From a virus (lineage: Duplodnaviria; Caudoviricetes): a stretch of DNA of 64,000 bases. The stretch is taken from positions 11,710-75,709 of the IMG/VR virus record IMGVR_UViG_3300021400_000080, one strand, 5' to 3'. This document shows positions 46,376 through 55,495 of this stretch, one piece after another. The translations under genes and the position numbers were made by a program. Every line of letters starts with the position of its first letter. Within the stretch, counting starts at the first letter, position 1. The notes beneath the pieces were generated by a model, which saw only the letters and a program-made list of their open reading frames with translations, was not told the origin of the DNA and ran no database searches.

Positions 46376-47011
46376 TCAATCGTTCTTGAGGATCACATAC
46401 AAGAACACGTTTTGCGCGGTCCTTCCGCTGCCGTCATCGTAGTGTGCAGTAATGGATATGTCCACAACTCCGTCAGCGGAATAATACCAGCCGTCATGAT
46501 CCACGACATCCTTGAAGTTGGATCTGTTCCACTGTTCCGTGCCGTCGATGTAGTGGCAGAGATACCTGTTGAATCCGCTTAGCTGCGTGTTCGCACCATA
46601 GGAATGGGAACTGGACTGACCGTTGATGATCACATTGTCAATATCCACATAGGTCACTATACGGTAGTCCTCCCCGTTGTATATCCTTATCACGAACGGG
46701 GTGTTCTCCGGGATGCTCAATGCGACATTCACATTCCCGTCGGAGTCTGCGATACCTCCGTTGGCATTGTCCTTACTGGATATGGTTATCATGTCGTATT
46801 CGACCCCTTTATAGGTTGTGGAACCGCCCTCCGTGTTATAATCGGGGGTAGAAGGGTCAATCGTTATGGGGATGTTCGAGGATATGTACGTCACGGAGAT
46901 CGTGTTGCCGTCTATCGTGGTGACGGACGTAATAGGAAGTGCGGAGACGATTGTGACGGGAACGAGCAGCAAGGCGGTCAGAAGAACACATGCGACGATT
47001 CCTTTTCTCAT
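46376..47011 (-). CDS. exported beta-rich protein, paralog of 47063-47698
   Basis: N-terminal hydrophobic helix, then SVTTIDGNTISVTYI. Confidence 0.7.
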   Translation of the reverse strand: MRKGIVACVLLTALLLVPVTIVSALPITSVTTIDGNTISVTYISSNIPITIDPSTPDYNTEGGSTTYKGVEYDMITISSKDNANGGIADSDGNVNVALSIPENTPFVIRIYNGEDYRIVTYVDIDNVIINGQSSSHSYGANTQLSGFNRYLCHYIDGTEQWNRSNFKDVVDHDGWYYSADGVVDISITAHYDDGSGRTAQNVFLYVILKND

Positions 47012-47062
47012 TCCTTCGTCCTCCGAGATAGAATAGATGGGGTCCGAGGACCCCTAAAGGGT

Positions 47063-47698
47063 TTAAGGTTCGGGGATCTCCGCAACGAATGTGAAGATAC
47101 TGCCGGGGTTCTGTGCATCCTGGTAGTTGGTGAATCCGAGGGTAGCACCGGGGTTGGTGTCGATGGACTGCGCCTGTGCGTTGGTATACGCAACGTAGAG
47201 TTCAACATCGTATTCCGTGGAGAGGGCAAGACTCGTGAAGAGCCATCCCGACTGGCCGCGGTCGTTGTGTGCCTGGTATGTGGCAACTTCGCTGCCGACG
47301 GTCATGATGTAGTCCAGTCCGGTAACGGGGGTGAACAGGGTGCAGGTGACGAACAGGTCGAAAGAGGACCCGACATCGCCCGTGGGGGTGACGGTGAAGG
47401 ATATGGCATCCGTGTTGGAGATCTTCGCACATGCCTTTCCGTCCACGGTATTGTCCGTGTTCAGTTTGTATGTGATGGTCTGCGTGTTCCCGGCGGGTCC
47501 ATTGACAACGGTGTCGAATTTCGCGCTGCCCAGGAAGTCGGACGTGTCGGTCGCAGAGATGACGATGTACTCGTTGTCGAGAGTGTTGTCCGTGACATCC
47601 GTCTGCGACTTGATGAGATATGCGGCAGTGACCGATCCGGCAGTGAACAGAATCACGAACAGGACAACGGCCACGATAGCGGTTGTTTTCTTGATCAT
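47063..47698 (-). CDS. exported protein with a TasA/SipW-substrate-like N-terminus
   Basis: Hydrophobic helix, then TAAYLIKSQTDVTDNTLDNEYIVI. Confidence 0.65.
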   Translation of the reverse strand: MIKKTTAIVAVVLFVILFTAGSVTAAYLIKSQTDVTDNTLDNEYIVISATDTSDFLGSAKFDTVVNGPAGNTQTITYKLNTDNTVDGKACAKISNTDAISFTVTPTGDVGSSFDLFVTCTLFTPVTGLDYIMTVGSEVATYQAHNDRGQSGWLFTSLALSTEYDVELYVAYTNAQAQSIDTNPGATLGFTNYQDAQNPGSIFTFVAEIPEP

Positions 47699-47814
47699 AG
47701 AGATACCTCTTGTCAGCAGTCTGACATATTACAATCTGTGTGAGGGATTAAAAGCATATCCCAACAATCCCCATTTCCGCAATCCTTTTTATTCCCTCCC
47801 TCCCATACTTATTC

Positions 47815-49674
47815 ATGGAACAGAATGTTCTTATTACGAAAATGATAGGGATAATCGTTGCCGTTATCGTGGCAGCGGTTGTCCTTGTACCGATATGCAA
47901 CTCCCTGACCGAAGGGAACGGGGGTAGCGGAGGAGGAGGAGTAACAGGGATTCAGGTTGCCAATCCCAACTATGTTTCCCCCTCCGTATTCATGACAGAT
48001 GAGATAGGTTGGACGGCTATGACAAATACGGATATGGAGGCATATTTCCCCACATCCGGAGATTACATCGAAGGATATTCCAATATCGTATCCGGGAGGA
48101 ACAAGATCGCATTTGTAGATGATATTTCCATGACCGAATGTACCCTTACCTATTGGAACAGATACCTTGATTCAAGCAGTAATGGTAATCCTATATGGTA
48201 TATCTCATTCCCCGGACAGGTGGAAGGATTCGGAGATGCGTCCTCTTGGAGTCTTTCGTCCGATGGTAATATCACGATAACCTACAAGGTTTCAGGAATG
48301 TCGAATTATACCACAAAAACATTCAAGGCATTGTATCTATGGTATGATGCTCCCACGGGTAATTACCACAACCTTAGTGGTATCACATACGATCAGAATC
48401 TTGAAAAACTCGGAGGTTTCGCTGGTGTCGGTGATTACATCGGAATATCCGGACAAGTCCAGAGTCAGTATAACCCCGGAATGTTACCGTTCGTATATAT
48501 GGGTCAGATTCCTGAAAGCATGAATGTATCCATATCATACACGGACTATCAGTTCGATCAAGCCACTGAAACTATCACCCCTATCCCGTCCACGGCCAAT
48601 ATCGACCTGACGGCTATATCCTACTCGGTTCAGTTGGAGGATGGCAGATACTATTTCCCTACTGCGTTCGCGGTTGCTCCGACCTATACGTTCGAGGGTC
48701 ACTACGAGGATCGTGTCATGACACTGGATTGGATAAAACAGAAAATGTCGGAGGACGATGGTCTATGGGGATTCGATTATTCTGATGCACCGGGATACGA
48801 GGATACTATCCTATGTTTCAACGGGTTCGGTAAGATCGGGACGATGGCGCAGTATTGGGTCTATCCTACGGACGGTCAATGGAGTGAAGGCAGAATGGAA
48901 CGTGTAGCCACTACCGCAGCGGATTTCGCTATGGTTTTCGACAATGGTTATGGAACCGGATGCCTTTTGCAGATTGAACGTGAAAAAGAAGTAGGTAGTG
49001 AGACTTGGAGTTATCAGGGTCTTGAGATAACAGAGGATATTGTATTGGGTGAGGTCAATATCAGTTCTTACGACACTGCATATCTCTCGAAAGCGAATAT
49101 GGGGAATGTGATGTACTATCGTGATACATTCATGAACAATCAGTTTACAGGACAGTATATCGCGCAGTTCTCGGAAAATGCTAACGGATTTTGGCTCATT
49201 CCTAATTCGGAGGTCATATCGGATGAGGATTTCGATTGGAGCAGTGTTCCTGAAGATTTCCTTATCCCCAATCCCGTATCGTGGGAAACCGCGCTTGCTA
49301 ACAACCCAATAACCATAACAAATCTGGCGGTAAAGGATGCTATCTACCCCTATTATGATTTCATCCTTGATAATACAGGAAAGGCATACATGTTTGAATC
49401 TCCTTCTTCGGAGTATGAGCGTCAGGGACCCGAATACAATGAAGTTGCAATTTGGACACCTGGAACGTCTCCGTTGAATTGTGCAATACCCATGTCATAC
49501 GATTATAGGGTACTCGCAGCCGGAGAGGGGGATTCGTCTAATGGCGGCGGTTCTTCGGGAGGTAACGACCTCGGAGTAGCCGGAACGATCATCGGCATCA
49601 TCCCCGTGTTCGTGATACTCGCCATCCTAATGGGAGCTGCCGGACTGTTCTACCAGAACCGTAAGACGATCTGA
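47815..49674 (+). CDS. capsid-hairpin paralog with an ~540-aa passenger between Gly linkers
   Basis: IGIIVAVIVAAVVLVPICNS-GNGGSGGGG...GGGSSGGN-VAGTIIGIIPVFVILAILMG. Confidence 0.85.
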   Translation: MEQNVLITKMIGIIVAVIVAAVVLVPICNSLTEGNGGSGGGGVTGIQVANPNYVSPSVFMTDEIGWTAMTNTDMEAYFPTSGDYIEGYSNIVSGRNKIAFVDDISMTECTLTYWNRYLDSSSNGNPIWYISFPGQVEGFGDASSWSLSSDGNITITYKVSGMSNYTTKTFKALYLWYDAPTGNYHNLSGITYDQNLEKLGGFAGVGDYIGISGQVQSQYNPGMLPFVYMGQIPESMNVSISYTDYQFDQATETITPIPSTANIDLTAISYSVQLEDGRYYFPTAFAVAPTYTFEGHYEDRVMTLDWIKQKMSEDDGLWGFDYSDAPGYEDTILCFNGFGKIGTMAQYWVYPTDGQWSEGRMERVATTAADFAMVFDNGYGTGCLLQIEREKEVGSETWSYQGLEITEDIVLGEVNISSYDTAYLSKANMGNVMYYRDTFMNNQFTGQYIAQFSENANGFWLIPNSEVISDEDFDWSSVPEDFLIPNPVSWETALANNPITITNLAVKDAIYPYYDFILDNTGKAYMFESPSSEYERQGPEYNEVAIWTPGTSPLNCAIPMSYDYRVLAAGEGDSSNGGGSSGGNDLGVAGTIIGIIPVFVILAILMGAAGLFYQNRKTI

Positions 49675-49733
49675 AACCTCTTACCCCCGAAAGGGGGTTT
49701 ACTTTTTTTATATATCTATCTACATTTTCAATT

Positions 49734-50045
49734 ATGGTAAAATACTACCTATGTTACATGAAAGATGACCGTCATGGGGGTAACAATCTGAAAAAGAGTA
49801 CCCTCATTGAAGTCAGCAGTATCGTGGTTGCGCGTGCAAAAGCGATAAAGTACCTAAAGGACAACATGAAGAGCAATCGGGATTATGTAGAGATTCAGAA
49901 GGTTGTCCGTAACGGGGTTAAGGATGTTTGCGAGGTCTATTTCAAGAAGGGAAATTACGTTGCCTATTATTACGATAGAAACGGTGAGATCGTCAGCAAA
50001 TACCTGAATGTGAAAGGATCATTGGGTAAATCATTCTCTTATTGA
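49734..50045 (+). CDS. small Tyr/Lys-rich family protein
   Basis: SSIVVARAKAI...YLNVKGSLGK. Confidence 0.75.
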   Translation: MVKYYLCYMKDDRHGGNNLKKSTLIEVSSIVVARAKAIKYLKDNMKSNRDYVEIQKVVRNGVKDVCEVYFKKGNYVAYYYDRNGEIVSKYLNVKGSLGKSFSY

Positions 50046-50134
50046 GATTCGAGGGGGGATTCCTCCCCCCATAAACGGTTTACTTTTTTCCTTTTTCCAT
50101 AATTTATATATTCTCTACCCCCGATATTTTTATC

Positions 50135-50434
50135 ATGGTATCATACTACCTTGTCAGATATAAAAACAAGAAGAGGATCGAGGACCCCCGTGAGTTCTCT
50201 ACCCTTGATGCAGCACGCAAGGCCGCGATGCGTATGGGTATTCCCGAAGGGGAAAACGTATATGTGTTCCGTTTGGTTGATTCCAAGTCCGAGGATAAGA
50301 AATTCGGGATTGTGGAAAACTACGGAGACCATTGGGTATGGGTCAAGTACGTCCCCGGTAAAGGCGGCCGTCTTTCATACCCCTCATACCCGATTTACAG
50401 AAACGGCAGTATAGGTAAAGAATTCAGATATTGA
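50135..50434 (+). CDS. small Tyr/Lys-rich family protein
   Basis: FSTLDAARKAA...IYRNGSIGK. Confidence 0.78.
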   Translation: MVSYYLVRYKNKKRIEDPREFSTLDAARKAAMRMGIPEGENVYVFRLVDSKSEDKKFGIVENYGDHWVWVKYVPGKGGRLSYPSYPIYRNGSIGKEFRY

Positions 50435-50460
50435 GGGGGTTCTACCCCCTCATAAACGGT

Positions 50461-51522
50461 TTAATCCTTTTTCCCGTCCTCGTTCTCCGTCCTCGGATCG
50501 CACAGCTCTTTTGCATAGCCGTCCGTGTCGAAGAAGGCGAACACATGGCCGTTGTGCTTGTTATTGAGTGTGACGAGCAGATAGGTCATCAGGAAGAACA
50601 GGAACACATTGGAGATCGCCATCACATATCCCCAAATATCCCATACCGGCTTGATCGGTTCGATGACGATATACGAAAGGACGGTACAGAGTACCGAATA
50701 CCCGACCATCATCAGCAGACCGTATTTCGCACCCTCCTCATAGCGCATCGCACCGTGGAGGACCGCGCTGGACACAGGCCAATAGACGTATGTGCGGAGC
50801 ATGAAAGCACCCACGATGAAAGCGAGGAAGAACGCAACGGTCGCTCCGTCCCCGGAATCGAGATGCTTCCCGATTGTCGCAACGATGGACAGTAAGACCA
50901 TCATGGAGATGAACGCGGCAGAATACCTCTTGACGTTCACATAGGTGCGATGACCGTCCCAACTGACCTCGGCCTTGCCCGGATTGGGCAGATCCATTTC
51001 CGACCGGGACTCCATGACCTCTCTCTCGGTGAACCGCTTGATGCGGAGTTTCAGGGTTTTCTCTTTGGCTTCCCTCTCGATCCTGTCCTCGTATTTCTCT
51101 CCGTTCTTATCCTTGCGTTGGAGCATGTATACCCATACCCCGATTATCACGGTTGCAGCAAGGAGATAGAGTCCGATCTCTACCCAATCAACGTCATCCC
51201 TTTTCATCACGTCAAGCATCGCAATAAGGAATACCGCGAACAGGATCCAATAGAATATTTTAAGGGTCAGACGGATCAACGGATGGATGTTGTCGCATCC
51301 GTTGATGAATCTGTCGGAAATCAGATTGATAAACAGTCCACAGGCCAATGCGGAGATATAGATCACATCTTCCGGGGAGTATCTCTCTCTCGGTTCCATC
51401 CATCCGTAATGGGTGCAAATGGCGATGATGGTGAATATCATGCACAGAACACTCAAATATCCGTAGTACAACAACTGAGTTGGATTCTTTTCTCTTTTTT
51501 CGTTTTCAGTCATTTTTCTCAC
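50461..51522 (-). CDS. polytopic membrane protein (two blocks of about 4 TMs)
   Basis: About 8 hydrophobic segments. Confidence 0.75.
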   Translation of the reverse strand: MRKMTENEKREKNPTQLLYYGYLSVLCMIFTIIAICTHYGWMEPRERYSPEDVIYISALACGLFINLISDRFINGCDNIHPLIRLTLKIFYWILFAVFLIAMLDVMKRDDVDWVEIGLYLLAATVIIGVWVYMLQRKDKNGEKYEDRIEREAKEKTLKLRIKRFTEREVMESRSEMDLPNPGKAEVSWDGHRTYVNVKRYSAAFISMMVLLSIVATIGKHLDSGDGATVAFFLAFIVGAFMLRTYVYWPVSSAVLHGAMRYEEGAKYGLLMMVGYSVLCTVLSYIVIEPIKPVWDIWGYVMAISNVFLFFLMTYLLVTLNNKHNGHVFAFFDTDGYAKELCDPRTENEDGKKD

Positions 51523-51533
51523 CTTATAATCAG

Positions 51534-51944
51534 TTAGTCAGTTAGGTGCGTTACGTTCCAAATGTGGATCACTCTAAGTATAGCGTACCCTATCAAGGGT
51601 AATGGGTAGCCGAAGGCCACGAATACGAGTCCCGCGACCGCATCCATCATATCGAACAGGGCGAGTATACTTAGAATCGCCGCGCATCCGATCATTACGA
51701 CCAGATATACATCAAGGACGGTAAGGGCGATCAGATAACGGTCTATGTATCCGTTTTTCGGCATCATCAGACATCTGCCGCCTGTCAGCATACCAAGAAG
51801 GATTGAGCATATCGCTATGCACCCTACGGCCAATCTTGAATCCTCCTCGTCTATCACCGATGCTATGGATAACACGATGAATCCGAATAGGAAGAAGAAC
51901 AGGATCGTAACCGTTCTCTTGTCAGCGATTATCGACTTGCACAT
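51534..51944 (-). CDS. 4-TM membrane protein
   Basis: Hydrophobic segments. Confidence 0.7.
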   Translation of the reverse strand: MCKSIIADKRTVTILFFFLFGFIVLSIASVIDEEDSRLAVGCIAICSILLGMLTGGRCLMMPKNGYIDRYLIALTVLDVYLVVMIGCAAILSILALFDMMDAVAGLVFVAFGYPLPLIGYAILRVIHIWNVTHLTD

Positions 51945-52183
51945 TTTTCAGCACCTATAATTAGTTGGATGTATATTCCACCCAAAAACCTACACACGCG
52001 CACGCGCATACGCACGCACGGGCGCGGATGCCCGGCAGATCGCTTTTCTCCGGGGGGAGGGGGGAGGCAACCCCGACCGACACGGGAATGGTGACGGAGG
52101 GGTTATCGGGAAGTCCGAAAGGGTTATCGTCAAGGACCCCACAATCGAACACGGCACGATTACCCCTAACCGAACACATTACC

Positions 52184-53008
52184 TTACTCCTCCTTACCCT
52201 TACCGATTACTACCCTTGCCGAACACTCGTATGCGGCCTTCACGGCCTCCAATCTGCCCGTTGCTTTCAGCAGCTCGTAGAAGGTCGATTGAGGGACATA
52301 CAACTTGGTAAGGGCGATAGCACGGAGACTCAATCCTTCGGATGCCCATGCTAACACTTCGGGCATAGTCGTGATCTTCGTCTTGTGCTTGACGTTATCA
52401 TCGAACCGCAGCAATCCCTCGGCCTTGTAGAGTCCGGCATCAATGTCCTCTTGGAACACGATCCTCATCGGGCGGGAATTGTGCTTTCCGGCGGCCTTAC
52501 GCTGACGGAGGGCCATCTTGGTGTTCTCGCTGATCTTCTTCCTTTCCTGTTCGGCTTGCCATGCTCCGATGGTAGCGATCAATTGACCTTCCATCGTCTC
52601 CGGCTTGGTCGATTCATTGACGAACCTGATACGGCATCCGAACTGTTCGACCTGATGCTGGATGTTCATGTAGTCGCGCTGATCCCTCGATATGCGTGAG
52701 ATGTTCCACGCTATGAGCAGATCGACCTTACATGTTTCGGGGTCGAAAGGTGCTGGATGGTCGGGGTCGGATTCCACATACTTGGATGCGAAATAACCCT
52801 TGGACAACCTTGCTATCATATCCAGGAATTGTGGACGGTTGATGTCCTTCCCGGATTTCTCGTCTATGAACCGTCCTACGATGGTTATACCCTCGTTACG
52901 GCAATATTCTTCCATGACCGCTATCTGCGCTGCGGTATCCTGTCCTTTATCGTCCGTGGATACCCTCGCGTATAAGACGGCCGTCTGACCTGCGTATTCG
53001 CCCGTCAT
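52184..53008 (-). CDS. serine recombinase (resolvase family)
   Basis: LYARVSTDDKGQ, SGKDINRPQF, ISRISRD, IKENTK-like helix. Confidence 0.92.
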   Translation of the reverse strand: MTGEYAGQTAVLYARVSTDDKGQDTAAQIAVMEEYCRNEGITIVGRFIDEKSGKDINRPQFLDMIARLSKGYFASKYVESDPDHPAPFDPETCKVDLLIAWNISRISRDQRDYMNIQHQVEQFGCRIRFVNESTKPETMEGQLIATIGAWQAEQERKKISENTKMALRQRKAAGKHNSRPMRIVFQEDIDAGLYKAEGLLRFDDNVKHKTKITTMPEVLAWASEGLSLRAIALTKLYVPQSTFYELLKATGRLEAVKAAYECSARVVIGKGKEE

Positions 53009-53064
53009 ACCACGCTATTCGATTATCGGTATATAGAACGTGGACTTACCGATAAGATAATAGA

Positions 53065-53165
53065 GGGAGTGCCGGACCGATAGTGGGTACACATCCCATA
53101 CCTGCTTGTATGGCGATAAGGTTCCCGTCCGGCACAGGGGTTAGCCGCTAAGAGCCGCATCTCCC
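53065..53165 (-). ncRNA. candidate structured non-coding RNA
   Basis: GGGAG/CTCCC, TGCCGGAC/GTCCGGCA and CCATAC/GTATGG nested stems; TATA-like element ~25 nt upstream on the minus strand. Confidence 0.3.
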
Positions 53166-53301
53166 TATTTTTTCCATCCTTGTCTATGGATATATGCTTT
53201 TCCTAACGTCTACGGCTCCGTAGGAGCCGTCAAAAGGGGTCAAAAGGTATGGATGGGTGGGTTAAGCGGTTTTGAGGGGTTTTAACGGGCGATAGAGACG
53301 T

Positions 53302-53607
53302 TCACCACCATTCTTCGATTTTTCTGGATTTTGCGGGATTAGGATTCTTACGGCTTTTCGCATGGAGAGATGCCTTGGACGGACCGAGATCGACCTTGAT
53401 AAGCTGTACGCAACGGGGGTCCTGACGGTGAAGATGGACGTTCATATCCCCGTCATAGGCATCCAGTATGGCATCCAGCATAACGAATCCGTCACCGTAT
53501 TGGGCATCGGTTTTTCTCTTCCTGGGGGTTGTAGATCTAAGAATCTTCTCTCTGCCTTTATCGTCATAAAAAGTAACACTGGCGATATATCCGATCATTA
53601 ATATCAC
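53302..53607 (-). CDS. hypothetical protein
   Basis: ORF in the leftward cluster. Confidence 0.55.
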   Translation of the reverse strand: MILMIGYIASVTFYDDKGREKILRSTTPRKRKTDAQYGDGFVMLDAILDAYDGDMNVHLHRQDPRCVQLIKVDLGPSKASLHAKSRKNPNPAKSRKIEEWW

Positions 53608-53643
53608 CCCGTAGGGGTGAGGGGGTAGAACCCCCTTATGGTT

Positions 53644-54090
53644 TCACTCGATGACATACTTGCCGCTGGCAAGCAGTTTCTCGAAGTTGGTCTTGGGCGC
53701 AGAAGCACGGCTGCCAGTCTTTCTGGAAGTCCTCGGTGCGGAGGTAGTGGGAGCCGTGGTCTTGGATCTGGCTTTCGTTCCGGTCGTGGTCTTGGCCTTG
53801 GGGGTCTTGGCAGCGGCCTTCTTCTTCGCCTCAGCGGCCTTTTTCTTCTCAGCCAGTGCCTTCTCGGTCCTCTTCTTGGCGGCGGCGCGCCTTTCAGCGT
53901 ATGCCTGTTCGCGGGTCTTGTATCCCTTGGGGACCTTTCCGGTGCGTGCCTTGACCTTACTGGCGAAGTCCTCGTTGGACTCACCGTGGGTCTTGATCGT
54001 GAGTTCACGGTCATTGTAGTAAACAATGGTCTCTCCGGGTTTGACGTATTTGACCTCGCGGTATCCGGTGTTGCCCTTGGGGTTGCTCAC
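53644..54090 (-). CDS. Lys/Ala/Thr-rich histone-H1-like basic protein
   Basis: AAAKKRTEKALAEKKKAAEAKKKAAAKTPKAK. Confidence 0.7.
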   Translation of the reverse strand: MSNPKGNTGYREVKYVKPGETIVYYNDRELTIKTHGESNEDFASKVKARTGKVPKGYKTREQAYAERRAAAKKRTEKALAEKKKAAEAKKKAAAKTPKAKTTTGTKARSKTTAPTTSAPRTSRKTGSRASAPKTNFEKLLASGKYVIE

Positions 54091-54362
54091 TGTCTACCCC
54101 TCCTGTCGCTGTAATACTCAACGGTCTTTTTACCGATCTTGGCCTGTCCAGCGCGGTAGCCGTACTTGGTTCCGTGCATGACTCCCTGCTTGTGGGTAGA
54201 CCCATTGGATCTGCGAACAGTCCTCTGGTGCAGCTTGCTCTTGTCATCGCGGAGTTGTCTGGATGAAACGGGCCTGGGGGACCTCTTGGAGATGCTGCCG
54301 CCACTCCTGTTTTCACCCATATATGTGCCGGTAAACGGCTTGTACTTCTTTGCAACGCTCAT
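54087..54362 (-). CDS. small highly basic (Arg/Lys/Ser/Gly-rich) protein
   Basis: Composition; coupled to the H1-like gene. Confidence 0.65.
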   Translation of the reverse strand: MSVAKKYKPFTGTYMGENRSGGSISKRSPRPVSSRQLRDDKSKLHQRTVRRSNGSTHKQGVMHGTKYGYRAGQAKIGKKTVEYYSDRRGRQ

Positions 54363-54856
54363 AGTACCACTCCTGTCTTTATAGACGGATATAATAGAAT
54401 CTCCATCCTTTTATATAAAATTCAAGGTGGTATGGGGGTCAAATGTGCCTTTTTCGACCATCCAGTATCCTTCGATATGCATTTTCCCCTCTATCTCCTC
54501 CTGATCCCCCGGTATCCTCCTTTTCCCCGACCCGATCCCCTTGTCCGTTCTTGTTCCCTTTATATACTCCCCCTTCTCCCGGCAGTTCTCGATCGCCTTG
54601 TGTCGTATCGTGTTCCAAACCCATTTTTCACACAATCTGGAACACAAATCGGCATCCCCCTCGGCAAAAATCAACAAAAGGTACTACGAACACCGAATTT
54701 CGAGGTAACATGACCTCGGTTAGACCTCTGGGCGAAACCGCGCTACCCCCCCTCGCGTAAGCCACACCTACCGACGGGCGCGTGCGAAAATTTTTTTTCG
54801 AGATTTTTGCGAACAAGTTGTGCGCGCTTTAAATAAAAAAACTGCAATCCCCAAAC

Positions 54857-55096
54857 ATGGCCGAAATCGTCATAATCCTTTTTCTCGCCGCGGTGGCGAT
54901 TTTTCTCGCGCGCTATGTGCTGCGTGCCGAAGGGGTCGAGTACCTTTCGATGGTCGTATCCGCGATGGCGATGTTCTCGTCCCTTTTGGACGAAACTCTG
55001 GTGAATATGGACAAAATGTTCATTTTCATACCCACACTGTTCATGATGATGATCTCCGCGCTTTCGCTCACGAAAGGCGGTAAGAAGAGGTGGTGA
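54857..55096 (+). CDS. small 3-TM membrane protein
   Basis: Hydrophobic; TTTAAATA promoter upstream. Confidence 0.75.
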   Translation: MAEIVIILFLAAVAIFLARYVLRAEGVEYLSMVVSAMAMFSSLLDETLVNMDKMFIFIPTLFMMMISALSLTKGGKKRW

Positions 55097-55494
55097 AGTT
55101 GGCAGACCCGCGCCCGGCTACCGACCTCTTGGATGACCCGATCATCCAGGAAGGTGACATCGAGGACCTTAATGAAGTCGAAGGGGTCACTCCGTTCGAT
55201 AAAGCGTATGGCGCGCTGATGACCATCAACGGTCCGAGGTTGGAGCTGCTTACGCGCACGACCCCGAAACTGGCGGTAGCCATCGACCATGCGTTCAACC
55301 GTATCGCTAACTACGGCTCCATCTATCTGACGAGGCGCATAGCCACGATTGAGAGGTTATCCGTCTCTATGGACGGTAAGGGACGTGCCGAGTTGATTCA
55401 GGCACTGCAAGCAGGTGCGGGAGTACCGGGCGAGTTCTACTCCGAAGGTGCTACCCGTGTAAGTGCGTTCAGCGATGATGCACCGGACGAGTGA
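55090..55494 (+). CDS. hypothetical protein preceding the ATPase
   Basis: Operon packing. Confidence 0.7.
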   Translation: MVKLADPRPATDLLDDPIIQEGDIEDLNEVEGVTPFDKAYGALMTINGPRLELLTRTTPKLAVAIDHAFNRIANYGSIYLTRRIATIERLSVSMDGKGRAELIQALQAGAGVPGEFYSEGATRVSAFSDDAPDE

Positions 55495-55495
55495 T

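Noticed and set aside
52184-53300. Provirus attachment boundary near the recombinase
   Set aside because: Virus-like genes continue on both sides; no host genes or direct repeats were found.
54380-54850. ORF 54411-54677 and a cos/terminus-like site
   Set aside because: Divergent promoter region with C- and T-tracts; the ORF has no motif or RBS, and genome ends cannot be inferred without read data.
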